A stretch of DNA of 64,000 nucleotides from Phycisphaerales bacterium (lineage in GTDB: Bacteria > Planctomycetota > Phycisphaerae > Phycisphaerales > SM1A02), in contig JBIKZY010000001.1 in the NCBI GenBank assembly GCA_044354475.1, positions 10,233-74,232 on the forward strand. Direction: 5' to 3'. The notes under the pieces were generated by a model. It was not told the origin of the DNA and did not search any database. It saw only the letters and a list, made by a program, of their open reading frames with translations. Positions 46,045-55,770 of the stretch are shown here, one piece after another (positions within the stretch are counted from its first letter, which is position 1; each line of letters begins with the position of its first letter). The position numbers were made by a program, and so were the translations under genes.

Positions 46045-46650
46045 TTAGCGGCGCTTGCGCGAACCACCGATGAGACCGGCGAGGCCGATGAGCGCTACTG
46101 CGCCTGGAGCTGGCACTGCGAAGTAGAGATTGTCAACGGTGGCGAAGTGGGTTCCAGCGGGCAAGTTGCCTGCCACCGAGACGGAGATGCTGGAGATAGC
46201 AGCACCGGTTGAGTAGAACCCAACGAAGTCAGCGGCGGATGCTGCGTAGCCCACGTAGGCCGAACCGTCAGCAAGTTGCACGCCAATGATGGCGGGGAGG
46301 ACGGCGAAGCTGGCGTCAGTCGCGAAGAAGTTGCCGGCAACTCCCTGCACGCTTGGCGACAAGTTGAACGTGAGGAGCGCTTCAGGACTGTTGGTGGACA
46401 TGAAGCCGGAACCTGCATAGAGGTTTCCCGGCGCACTGGCTGTCCATTGGATCCCGCCGGTATTACCGGTGAGGCCGTTGGCATAGAAGCCGTTGTACGA
46501 GTTGAAATCTTCGGTCGCAACGGATGCACCCTGGGCGACTGAGAAGCCGTTCCACAGTGTGGCGTTGGTGAAAGTGACCATGGCAGCAGAGGCGGCCTGG
46601 GTCATCACTACGGTCATAGCCGCGGCTGAGAGAGCGATTCGAATTGACAT
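46045..46650 (-). CDS. PEP-CTERM sorting domain protein, family B paralog 1
   Basis: The signal peptide is MSIRIALSAAAMTVVMTQAASA and the C-terminus is VPAPGAVALIGLAGLIGGSRKRR. It aligns with the next gene (FN..GFY..G..G..GI.WTA). Confidence 0.88.
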   Translation of the reverse strand: MSIRIALSAAAMTVVMTQAASAAMVTFTNATLWNGFSVAQGASVATEDFNSYNGFYANGLTGNTGGIQWTASAPGNLYAGSGFMSTNSPEALLTFNLSPSVQGVAGNFFATDASFAVLPAIIGVQLADGSAYVGYAASAADFVGFYSTGAAISSISVSVAGNLPAGTHFATVDNLYFAVPAPGAVALIGLAGLIGGSRKRR

Positions 46651-46875
46651 TGAGGAAACTCCGAATAAGGGGAACTAGGGAAACTTCAAACGGGAACGAA
46701 ATGGGAAAGCAAGCAAATCCGAGCAGGAGACGCGTAACTGCACGTTTGGGAGAACATGCACCTTTCCAACATTTGCACACCGACACGATCAATATGCCCC
46801 GGCATCGGATCGATGCAAGCAATGCCGAGAAAAGAACTCTGGATAACGCATAAATATTGATTCAGTTTCTGCCGC

Positions 46876-46912
46876 AAAAGAAATCCCGCCCAGCGCGTTC
46901 GCGCTGGGCGGG
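46876..46912 (-). terminator. rho-independent terminator
   Basis: The minus strand reads cccgcccagcgc-gaac-gcgctgggcggg followed by atttctttt. Confidence 0.7.
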
Positions 46913-46951
46913 GATGTGCCTGTAGTGACCAATAACTATTCCGAGGCCCGG

Positions 46952-47575
46952 TCAGACAAGACGCTCCCGACGTCGAGCAACCAGTCCGGCGAGTCCAATC
47001 AGCGCTACGGCACCAGGTGCCGGCACTGCTGCAAAGTAGAGGTTGTCCGCGGTGGCATAGATGGGGTTCGAACTGCTCGGGTTGTTTGCCGCCGTAACTG
47101 AGAGGCTCGAGATGGTGGCGCCCGTCGAGTAGAAGCCAATGAAATCCGAGGGTCCGTTTGAGTAGCCGAAGTAGATAGTGCCATCGGACAGGGCCACCAT
47201 GATGGTGGCCGGGACAGCGGCGAAACTGGAGTTAGTTCCGTAGATGTTGCCCCCGATGCCGTTCACGCCAGGTGCAAAGGCGAAGTTGAGCGTGTTCGAG
47301 GCGTTGGCGGTGGTCACCAGGCCCGCCGATGCGTCAACACCGCCACTGGCGTTGGCGGTCCAAGAAATACCGGCGGTTGAGCCGGCAATACCGGATCCGT
47401 AGAAACCGCTCGACACAGTGTTGAAGTTCTCGGTGCTGATGGACGCTCCACGGCTTGTGGAGTAGGTGGCCCAGGCAGCGGCATCAACGGTGTAGAAGAT
47501 CGATGACACGCCCGCAGTGGCATAGCCAGCGGAGGTCAAGGCGATAACGGATGCGATAAGGGCGCGGGAAGACAT
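46952..47575 (-). CDS. PEP-CTERM sorting domain protein, family B paralog 2
   Basis: An internal ATG gives MSSRALIASVIALTSAGYATA. The C-terminus is VPAPGAVALIGLAGLVARRRERLV. Confidence 0.85.
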   Translation of the reverse strand: MSSRALIASVIALTSAGYATAGVSSIFYTVDAAAWATYSTSRGASISTENFNTVSSGFYGSGIAGSTAGISWTANASGGVDASAGLVTTANASNTLNFAFAPGVNGIGGNIYGTNSSFAAVPATIMVALSDGTIYFGYSNGPSDFIGFYSTGATISSLSVTAANNPSSSNPIYATADNLYFAAVPAPGAVALIGLAGLVARRRERLV

Positions 47576-47598
47576 AAGTAAGGCTCCGAAAGAAATAG

Positions 47599-47628
47599 GG
47601 AACAGGAACAGGAACAGGAACAGGAACA
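47599..47628 (-). repeat. perfect hexanucleotide repeat (GTTCCT)5 in the 5' leader or promoter, 24-53 nt upstream of the ATG
   Basis: The + strand reads ggaaca x5. Confidence 0.9.
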
Positions 47629-47935
47629 AGGAAGACTTCAAACACAGTGCTGGGGGAGCAACACTGTTGGTGACCCATGAATCCGCGGAAGCGGGATTCA
47701 TGCCCTGATCACTTTCTCCAAGTACGAGAACGAGAATGGCGGGTGCTACCCATCACGCTGGTGCGAAAAGAAATGAACTTTGTTTAGTGACTGATAAATA
47801 AGCGCGAAACATCCTTAAATCAATGTTTGGCGAAACGCTCCACAGTGAATATCTGAAGAGCCAAGAGCATTTTTTGCTTCGCTTGCGCTGCACGGAACGG
47901 CGGCGCGACCGCTGCGGGGCTCGTAAAGTGCTCGG

Positions 47936-48580
47936 ATGACCCTGAACCACGCTCAGCCGCGCATCCGATTCGCCACACTCACCGCCGCAGCGCTTGGAAT
48001 GGCCGCTCTGTCGCTTGGAATGGCAGTTGCGCCGAGCCGGACGGCGGATCCGGCAACCATCACGCTCGATCCGGTGCATTCGGTGGCACTGTTCCGCATC
48101 CAACACTTGGAGGCGGGACTCTTCTGGGGGCGATTCAATGCCCTTGAGGGCACGGTGAAGTGGACGATGGAACCGACCGCGGCGCCCACCTTTGACATTT
48201 CAGCCAAGATCGCCAACGCCGATACGGGCAGCGAGAGGCTTGATGGCAATCTGCAGGGACCCAACTTCTTCAATGCGAAGGAGTTCCCCACCATCACCTT
48301 CAAGTCAACGGGCGCCACTGCTGCTGGCGATCGGCACTGGATGGTGAAGGGTGATCTCACCCTCCACGGTGTGACCAAACCCGTTGAGGTGGACTGCGTG
48401 GCAACCGGCATTGGCACGGGCCCGGCGGGTACCAAGGTGGGGTTTGAATGCAACCTCACGCTCAAGCGCAGTGACTTTGGCATGAAGTGGGGCATTGAGA
48501 AACCAGCCAAGGCGCTTGGCGATGAAGTGAAACTGATCATTGCGCTTGAGGGCGATGCCGTTGGCGGAACGGCGCAGTGA
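47936..48580 (+). CDS. YceI-family polyisoprenoid-binding protein
   Basis: The motifs LDPVHSVALFRIQHL, FFNAKEFPTITFKST and LTLHGVTKPVEV are present. Confidence 0.88.
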   Translation: MTLNHAQPRIRFATLTAAALGMAALSLGMAVAPSRTADPATITLDPVHSVALFRIQHLEAGLFWGRFNALEGTVKWTMEPTAAPTFDISAKIANADTGSERLDGNLQGPNFFNAKEFPTITFKSTGATAAGDRHWMVKGDLTLHGVTKPVEVDCVATGIGTGPAGTKVGFECNLTLKRSDFGMKWGIEKPAKALGDEVKLIIALEGDAVGGTAQ

Positions 48581-49371
48581 ATTACCTGGTCAGCGTGGTG
48601 CTGCTACCAATACTGGTGGGGAGCGGCGTTGCCGGTGCCGCCCTGCTTGGTCCGCTCCGGCAACGAGCGGCCATCATTGAATGCTGCGTGGCATACGGCA
48701 TAGCGATTGCATTTCTCATCGCGTTTGTGCGCGAAGTCGATCTGCCTGCACTGCTACGGCAATTGCCGGTTGAATTGAAAGATGATGACGCGCCGTTCGA
48801 GCGTTGGCACCAGCTTGGGCTGGTTGCATTGCTGTTGGCGATTGTGTCGCCGACGCTGGCGCTGCTGACGGCTGCACTGCCGGCACAACGCAAAGCGATA
48901 GTGATGACCGCCACGCTGCTCGCGGCGTGCGGCGTGGCGGTGTTCGTTGCATTTCCTGGGGCAAGTAACGGAAGCCGCGCATTGTTCGCTGTGGTGTGCG
49001 CCCTGTCATCCGGCGCGATCGCCATGTGTGGGCTGCGCACTGCGCTGGGTGCGCTAGCGATGTCCTGCGTCGGCATGGCGGTGTGTGCGGTGATGACGGG
49101 ATTCCCATCGCTTGCCGTCATGTGTGTGGCCGTGGCGGGGACTGCTGGAAGTATTGCCTTGGTTGCGTGCTGGAGACGGAGTCCACGTATGCATTCCGTG
49201 GCTGGCGCCATTTCCGTGGTGTCCGGAACGCTGGTGGGAACCGTGGCGGCGTGCGGCGAGGTATACGCCAGCGGTAACTTGCCACACTGGACGTGGAACT
49301 TGTTGGCGGTGGGCGTGCCAGTTGCAGGCGCCCTGCTCTATCGAACGACCACTTCCTCCACACCGTCATGA
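48577..49371 (+). CDS. hypothetical polytopic membrane protein
   Basis: The ORF is hydrophobic throughout. It overlaps the genes on both sides by 4 nt, so it appears to be part of an operon. Confidence 0.6.
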   Translation: MNYLVSVVLLPILVGSGVAGAALLGPLRQRAAIIECCVAYGIAIAFLIAFVREVDLPALLRQLPVELKDDDAPFERWHQLGLVALLLAIVSPTLALLTAALPAQRKAIVMTATLLAACGVAVFVAFPGASNGSRALFAVVCALSSGAIAMCGLRTALGALAMSCVGMAVCAVMTGFPSLAVMCVAVAGTAGSIALVACWRRSPRMHSVAGAISVVSGTLVGTVAACGEVYASGNLPHWTWNLLAVGVPVAGALLYRTTTSSTPS

Positions 49372-50492
49372 ACTCCAAATTGCCCGTACCACCGCCGCTT
49401 GACGCTCCTGCAACAAGGCGTCATCGCGTCATTCACCACGGGTTTGGCGTGGTGTGGCGAATACCGCTGGGGTTCTTGTGGCTAGCGCTCACTACGTGGT
49501 GCACCGTGGCGATTGGATACGCCCCCGATGGACCTTCTGCCATCACGTGGTCCATGGGCGCTGCATGTGCGCTGGCGTGCGGGGCGCTGGCGGCTGGACA
49601 CCTGCCAAGATTCGCGCGCGCACGGGTGGTGCGATGGATGGGATTGGTCGTCTTGTGGGGCTCGGTAATCACGTGGTTCTGGTTCGTCCCGGCACCAGCA
49701 CAGGCGGACTGGCAACCCGACGTACAGGACACTGCGACGTTCGCAGTGACTGGCGACGAAGTGACAGTGTCGGGTATTCGAAACTTCCGATACCGCAGCA
49801 GTGACACCGACTGCGAAGAAGTCTGGGTGGAGCGCACCTATGACCTATCACGACTGCGCACGGTGGACTTGTTCTTTTCGTTCTGGGGGCCGCAGCGCAT
49901 TTGTCACAACTTTGTCAGTTTCGGCTTTGAGCGCGCCGATGGAACCATGACGTACTTGGCCGCATCTATTGAGGCGCGCAAGCGTGTTGGCCAGCAATAC
50001 TCCGCGGTGGGTGGATTATTTCGGCAATACACGCTGATCTATGTGTGGGCGGATGAGCGGGATGTCGTGCGCGTGCGCACAAACTTTCGAGATGAAACCG
50101 TACGCCGCTATCGGATTGAGTGCACACAAGAGAATGCGCGTATTTTGTTCGAGCGCTACGCGTTACGTTCGATTCAAGTGGCGCATGGGCCGCGTTGGTA
50201 CAACGCCATCACACAGAGTTGCGGCGTGGACATCCTGCGCACCGCGTTTGGTCAGCAAATTCCGATGTTCCCGTCACCACGGTTGCTACTGAACGGAACG
50301 TGGGAACAACAGGCATGGGATGACGGATGGGTGAGGTCTGCCGCAAGCTTTGCGGACGCGAAACAGCAGGCCGATATCACTGACGACGCCAAGCATGCTG
50401 GGATGGATGACTTCTCACAGGCGATTCGCAAGCGAGATGTTTCGCTGCAGATTCGCACGGGTGACGGTGCGGGTGAAGAAGTAGAGCCGTAG
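49368..50492 (+). CDS. DUF4105-like (Lnb N-terminal domain-like) membrane-anchored protein
   Basis: The ATG overlaps the upstream stop (ATGA). The segments YLAASIEARKRVGQQYSAVGGLFRQYTLIYVWADERDVV and WYNAITQSCGVDIL fit DUF4105. Confidence 0.6.
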   Translation: MNSKLPVPPPLDAPATRRHRVIHHGFGVVWRIPLGFLWLALTTWCTVAIGYAPDGPSAITWSMGAACALACGALAAGHLPRFARARVVRWMGLVVLWGSVITWFWFVPAPAQADWQPDVQDTATFAVTGDEVTVSGIRNFRYRSSDTDCEEVWVERTYDLSRLRTVDLFFSFWGPQRICHNFVSFGFERADGTMTYLAASIEARKRVGQQYSAVGGLFRQYTLIYVWADERDVVRVRTNFRDETVRRYRIECTQENARILFERYALRSIQVAHGPRWYNAITQSCGVDILRTAFGQQIPMFPSPRLLLNGTWEQQAWDDGWVRSAASFADAKQQADITDDAKHAGMDDFSQAIRKRDVSLQIRTGDGAGEEVEP

Positions 50493-50500
50493 CGGCGCAC

Positions 50501-52228
50501 TTACCCGGGGTTCGGAAGCGCTGGCGCTGCAGTTGGAGCAGCCGTGGCGGGAACCGGGCGTGGCTTGGTGGGCTCGGGACCGGGGGGTCCAGTGCGGAAT
50601 TTCTGCAGCGCTTGTTCGTACTGCTCGCGGGTCTTCTGGTCTTTCTCAAGCTTCACCGCGCGTTCGGCATTCTCAATGGCTTTCTCTCGATTGCCCTTCG
50701 AGAACCAGGCGAGACCCAATGTATCGGCGGCGCGCGCATCTTCACCCTTGGCCAGTGTGTCGGCTGTCACCGCAAGTTCCATGGCGAAGTCAATATCGCG
50801 TCGCTTGGCATACGGCGAATTCAGAATCGCCCGCGCTAAGGAGCGCGTAGTGAGCATGTCTTGCGCATACTCCTTGGCAATGCGGCGACCGAATTCGTAG
50901 CCGGCGTCGGGCATATCGCCAAGACCAATCATGATGACGAAACGCTGCGCGTCGTACTGGCCCGCGCGTTCCGGAATCACTGCGCGTACCGCGTCGAGCG
51001 CTGCAAACATGGGCGTCCAATCGCCGGTCTTGTCACAGTCACGCGCGACGCGGTCTAAGAGATCTTTGGCGCGCGACACAGTGGAGTCGGTGATCGCCGC
51101 GGCACGGACCGTTTCAGGATCCCATGTTCCAGCAACCACCTTTGCGATCGGCTCCTCTGCCTCCTTGGGATGGCCAAACCACTGCACGATGCCGTTCTTG
51201 ATGACAAAGAAGCGTGGATTGAAGTTCCGAAACGTGCCGTTCTGCAAGGTGATCATGGCTGATCGATCCGGATCAGAGACCACTGAATACGGCACTTCAT
51301 TGAGCTTCCCGGGTTGGGCAAGCCATGCCTTGACGATGGGCGCTTCCTCATCAGTAATGGCAATGAACTCCGCGCCCTGCGCTCCGTAGGTGCGAGCCAA
51401 GCGAGTGATCAGTTCTGCAAATTCCTTGCAGTGCGAGCACGACGTACTGAAGAACTCAAAGACGTACACCTTGCCCGGCGTGAATGAAGTGATCGGCGTG
51501 CCCTTGACCCATGACGCGAATGATGGAAATGAAACCCGAGCGCCAGGCTGAATAGGTGGATTGACGCGCGCAAAGGTGATGGGGCGCTGTGCGGGCGGCG
51601 CTGCGGGCGCGGCAGGTGTTGCGGGCTTCGTCGTCGGTGCGGCGGCGAGTGGCTGCGCGGGCGTGACGGGCGTGACGGGCGCGGGGATAGTCGGCGTCGC
51701 TGGCTGCGATACAGTCGGACGATCGGCGAGCGCCAACTCTTCCACCGAGTCAACCGTTGTCGGCGGTGCAACGGTGCCGGGTGCCGACTTCATCACGTGA
51801 CCAAGCACGGTGAGCGAAACCGGTTCCGCGCCCTCCACCACAAAGGTCACCGACTTCATCAGCGATTCATCCTGCGTGACCGGAGCCTTCACGGTGACGA
51901 GTGCCTCGGCGGTGCCGCCGGCAAGAATGGGGTCCGCAGGGAACGTTGATGTTGTGCATCCGCAGTTGGCGATCGCGGCGGTGATTCGAATGGTTCGTGC
52001 AGAAATGTTCCGAAGCGTGACTGCGACTGTCTTGGGTGCTTCGGCTATGAGTTCGCCCATCTGCAGCGTGGCCGGCTCGAAGGCAATGACTGGAGCGGCG
52101 GGCGCGGGCGCGAGGGTTCGTGTTGGCAGAAATCCACGGGCAACCATGACGGCGCCGGCGGCAATTCCAGCCAGTGAGACCGCTATTAAGAGTGGACGGG
52201 CAGTGGGGCCTGGGCGCCGAATCATCAT
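50501..52228 (-). CDS. DUF1573 / thioredoxin-fold / TPR multidomain protein
   Basis: The DUF1573 motif is ANCGCTTSTF. A Pro/Ala-rich linker follows. The thioredoxin-like motif is CSHC (YVFEFFSTSCSHCKEF). The C-terminus is TPR-like. Confidence 0.75.
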   Translation of the reverse strand: MMIRRPGPTARPLLIAVSLAGIAAGAVMVARGFLPTRTLAPAPAAPVIAFEPATLQMGELIAEAPKTVAVTLRNISARTIRITAAIANCGCTTSTFPADPILAGGTAEALVTVKAPVTQDESLMKSVTFVVEGAEPVSLTVLGHVMKSAPGTVAPPTTVDSVEELALADRPTVSQPATPTIPAPVTPVTPAQPLAAAPTTKPATPAAPAAPPAQRPITFARVNPPIQPGARVSFPSFASWVKGTPITSFTPGKVYVFEFFSTSCSHCKEFAELITRLARTYGAQGAEFIAITDEEAPIVKAWLAQPGKLNEVPYSVVSDPDRSAMITLQNGTFRNFNPRFFVIKNGIVQWFGHPKEAEEPIAKVVAGTWDPETVRAAAITDSTVSRAKDLLDRVARDCDKTGDWTPMFAALDAVRAVIPERAGQYDAQRFVIMIGLGDMPDAGYEFGRRIAKEYAQDMLTTRSLARAILNSPYAKRRDIDFAMELAVTADTLAKGEDARAADTLGLAWFSKGNREKAIENAERAVKLEKDQKTREQYEQALQKFRTGPPGPEPTKPRPVPATAAPTAAPALPNPG

Positions 52229-52248
52229 TGAAAGGGTATCGTCCCGGC

Positions 52249-53643
52249 ATGCTTCAAGCACCACTTTCCATTTCCGCGTCGCTCCTACTTACCGCATCCA
52301 TGGCGCTGACCTGCGCCGTACCCGCTACCGCCGATGACACGGCGCCCGGAGCCCCCGCCCAAGGCGTCCCGAGGCTTCCGATGATGACCAAGACCAAGGC
52401 TCCCGGCACGCCCGAAGCCCCCAAGGCTGTCGACGTGATCGATGCCAAGGCGAAGGCGATCCACGACCGCGGCGTTGAGACCGTCAAGAAGTTGAAGGGC
52501 ATCGAAATGATTGCTGAGATGAAGGTCGCGGGCGTGGACCCAAGCATGTTGCCACCGGGGCTTGATGGCCAGTCGCACGTGGTGCTTGACTTTAAGAATG
52601 ACGGTGGTGGACCCGCTCCGTTCGGTCGCGTGGTGCTTGAGTCCTTGAAGGATGGCAAGCCGCAGATGCGCTTCGCGTTCGATGGCAAGGGCGCCGTCAT
52701 GATTGACGAGGCCAAGAAGAGCTATACCTTCTCCGATACACAGGGGTTCCAGATGCTCGGCCAGCGCGCCGCGGCACTGCCGCAGTGGTACATCGAGAAC
52801 CGCATGGATATGGCCGCGATGGGTGGAAGCCCAGAGGACATGCCGCAGATGGTTGCCGCAACCATCGTCGGCGAAGAGACCTTGGATGGCACGCCGTGCG
52901 ATGTAGTGAAGGTGGTGCGCAGCATGAAGCTTGAAGGCATGGAGGATGATGACGGCAAGGCGCTTCCAGCGAGTGAAATGCGCATCACTGACACGATCGC
53001 GTTCGCTCGTACGGATGGACTGCCCCGCCGCGTTGCAAGTGCAGCGGAGATTCCTGGCGAAGAAGCCATGTCCGGCATGAACACCACTGCCACGTTCAGC
53101 GGTGTCAAGGCCGACCCAACCATGGACGAGAAGACCTTCTCGACCGCTACTCCTGCTGGCTACAAGAAGCAGGACTTGGCCGCTGCGCCTGATCAACAGG
53201 GCCCAGAGATGAAGGTCAAGGCCGGCGACGCCGCCTTGGACTTCAAGCTCATGGACCTTGCTGGCAAGGAAGTAACGCTTGCATCACTGAAGGGCAAGGT
53301 TGTGCTGCTGGACTTCTGGGCCACCTGGTGCGGACCCTGCGTGAAGGCTATGCCTTCTATTCAGAAGATCAGCGAGGACTATAAGGGTAAGGATGTAGTC
53401 ATCCTCGGCGTGAATACATTTGAGCGAAAAGAAGGCGCTGGCAAGAAGTACATGACCGACAAGGGCTTCACCTACGGGTGCCTCTTAGCGGGTGATGACT
53501 TGGCCGTTGCCTACGGCATCTCTGGCATTCCCACCTTGATCGTGATTGGTAAGGACGGCAAGATTGAGAAGATCGAAGTGGGCTTTGGACCAGATGGTGA
53601 CAAGGGTCTGCGCGCAGCGATCGATGCTGGCTTGGCGAAGTAA
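52249..53643 (+). CDS. LolA-like domain / TlpA-family thiol:disulfide oxidoreductase
   Basis: It has a signal peptide. The C-terminal redoxin domain is KVVLLDFWATWCGPCVKAMP..GIPTLIVIGKDGKI. Confidence 0.8.
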   Translation: MLQAPLSISASLLLTASMALTCAVPATADDTAPGAPAQGVPRLPMMTKTKAPGTPEAPKAVDVIDAKAKAIHDRGVETVKKLKGIEMIAEMKVAGVDPSMLPPGLDGQSHVVLDFKNDGGGPAPFGRVVLESLKDGKPQMRFAFDGKGAVMIDEAKKSYTFSDTQGFQMLGQRAAALPQWYIENRMDMAAMGGSPEDMPQMVAATIVGEETLDGTPCDVVKVVRSMKLEGMEDDDGKALPASEMRITDTIAFARTDGLPRRVASAAEIPGEEAMSGMNTTATFSGVKADPTMDEKTFSTATPAGYKKQDLAAAPDQQGPEMKVKAGDAALDFKLMDLAGKEVTLASLKGKVVLLDFWATWCGPCVKAMPSIQKISEDYKGKDVVILGVNTFERKEGAGKKYMTDKGFTYGCLLAGDDLAVAYGISGIPTLIVIGKDGKIEKIEVGFGPDGDKGLRAAIDAGLAK

Positions 53644-53666
53644 GTAGTTCCCTGCAAGTAACAAAC

Positions 53667-53708
53667 AAGGCGCCCTCCACAGTGATGCGGAGGGCGCCTT
53701 TCATTTGG
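53667..53708 (+). terminator. rho-independent terminator (between convergent genes)
   Basis: aaggcgccctcc-N10-ggagggcgcctt followed by tcatttggg. Confidence 0.65.
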
Positions 53709-53759
53709 GTGCTTCGTTCACAGCGCGCGGGTGCGGCGCCTGTCGCGCGCGGGATCAAG

Positions 53760-55601
53760 TCAGTAAGCCGGCTGCGCTTGGCGCTTCTCAATCCACTTGA
53801 TGGCATCGGCCGACGGCAGTGGGCGCGACCACCAGTAGCCCTGCCCTTGCTGGCATCCCATGACGCGGAGCAAGTCTGCTTGTTCTTGCGTCTCCACGCC
53901 TTCAGCGGTGACGCGCATGCCGCACGCAGCGGCCATGCGAAGTGCTGCCTCGCACAGCGCGGTGCCAGCACCGTTGTCGCCAAGGCATTGCGTGAAGCTG
54001 CGGTCAATCTTCACCACGTCAAACGGAACGCTCTGCAGGAGGCGGAGTGATGCGTAGCCGGTACCGAAATCATCAAGTGCGAGGCGGAATCCCATCGCCT
54101 TCAGTTCCAGCAGCGCGCTGCGCGCTGGACCATCACTGTCAAGCCACTGACTCTCAGTGATTTCCAGGCACAGGCGACTGGGTGCAACGCCGGACTCTGC
54201 AGCGGCGGCAGCGGCAGCCTTTGGGAATCCGTCGCGCATCAACTGGCGGAGCGACACATTGACATTGGCAGTCATGCCGTCAAGTTGCGAACCAGTCGAC
54301 GCCAAGAGTTGGCATGTGGAACGGAGCACACTCATTCCCAGGGAATCGATCAGCGCACTTTCTTCGGCAATCGGAATGAACACCGACGGCATGATCACGC
54401 CTGATGGCGTATCCGCGAGGCGGGCGAGCATTTCAAACCCCACCGGCGCGCCGGTGGCGAGGTCGATGATCGGCTGAACGTGAGTGAATACCTTGTCCGC
54501 GGCAATGGCATCGGCGAGAACGCGCGCAACGCGGCGGCGCTCGTTGGCAAGCTGGCGATCTTCGGCGCTAAACGCCACCCACCGATCACGGCCGCGATCC
54601 TTGGCGGCGATACATGCTTGCTCAGCCTGGTAAAGGGCGGCCTCAAAGTCGGTGGTGTACGGATCCCACTCAACAATGCCAGCGGAAACCGAAAGCCGGA
54701 TGGGTAGCCCGTCAGCAATGAATGGCTGCTTAAATGACGCAATCAACCGACTGAAGCGCGCGTGCATGGCCTCATTGTTGGCCGGCGTAATCAGGACAAA
54801 TTGATCGCCACCGAAACGAATTGGCAGGTCACCAACACCAGCGGCCTCGGCAATACGCGCGCCCACGTCCTGTAGAAGTAGGTCCGCGGCGCGATGGCCA
54901 AGGTTCTCGTTGTGCATCTTGAAATGGTCAAGATCAACAATGGCAATGCAGCGCGGCGTTGTGGTTGGATCGGCGACCAGGCGTGCAACCTCACGCTCAA
55001 GCTTGCGACGATTACCAAGACCAGTGAGGCTGTCGTGCGTGGTCTGATGATCGCGATCCGCATCGACGCGATGGCGCTCAATGGCAACGGCGGCGAGGTG
55101 GACGAAGTGGTCAACAAACGACAAGTCTTCCGTAGTCGGTGCACGGCAATCGCCGTAGTACATGCCGAACACGCCCAAGAGGCGTCCATCAGCACCCAAG
55201 ATGGGCGACGACCACGCCGACTGAATACCGTAGGAGGCAGCAAATTCGCGGAACGCGCCCCAGAGTGGATCGATGCGAACGTCCTCACTGATGACGCGCT
55301 CGCGACGGAATGCGGCGGTTCCACAACTGCCGGTGGCGGGACCAGGCACCATTCCATCCACTGCGGCAGCGAAGGTGGCGGGCAGACAGCCGTATCCACC
55401 CTTGCGCAACGATTGCGTGGCTTCGTCGTACACCAAGATGGAGGCCATCATGGTTGGGATGGACGTTTCGGAGTAGCGCGAAATGGCGGTGAGCGTGTCA
55501 AAGAGCGGCGCAGCACTCGCGACTTGTTCCAGCACCTGTTGCTGAGCGGCTAGGAGTTGCTCAGGAGCGAGCCGACCAATCGTTTGAGCGGCTGATTTCA
55601 T
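53760..55601 (-). CDS. GAF-GGDEF-EAL protein (degenerate GGDQF; EAL domain apparently intact)
   Basis: The GGDEF site reads RFGGDQFVLI. The EAL-domain motifs are QPIIDL..GFEMLARL, LEITES, DDFGTGYASL, KIDRSF, AEGVET and QGYWWSRP. Confidence 0.88.
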   Translation of the reverse strand: MKSAAQTIGRLAPEQLLAAQQQVLEQVASAAPLFDTLTAISRYSETSIPTMMASILVYDEATQSLRKGGYGCLPATFAAAVDGMVPGPATGSCGTAAFRRERVISEDVRIDPLWGAFREFAASYGIQSAWSSPILGADGRLLGVFGMYYGDCRAPTTEDLSFVDHFVHLAAVAIERHRVDADRDHQTTHDSLTGLGNRRKLEREVARLVADPTTTPRCIAIVDLDHFKMHNENLGHRAADLLLQDVGARIAEAAGVGDLPIRFGGDQFVLITPANNEAMHARFSRLIASFKQPFIADGLPIRLSVSAGIVEWDPYTTDFEAALYQAEQACIAAKDRGRDRWVAFSAEDRQLANERRRVARVLADAIAADKVFTHVQPIIDLATGAPVGFEMLARLADTPSGVIMPSVFIPIAEESALIDSLGMSVLRSTCQLLASTGSQLDGMTANVNVSLRQLMRDGFPKAAAAAAAESGVAPSRLCLEITESQWLDSDGPARSALLELKAMGFRLALDDFGTGYASLRLLQSVPFDVVKIDRSFTQCLGDNGAGTALCEAALRMAAACGMRVTAEGVETQEQADLLRVMGCQQGQGYWWSRPLPSADAIKWIEKRQAQPAY

Positions 55602-55770
55602 ACGGGGAAATTTACTTGCATTGCGGCGGATGTACAGATAAATGCGTGAAAATGATTGCATTGGTAGGGAGGCGCACCGATCGCACCCGCTTCCTGCTCA
55701 CTCACCCGCCGCAATTTGATGCCTGTTCCTGCCACAACCGGACAAATACTGGAAGGTTGAGGCGCCCCAC

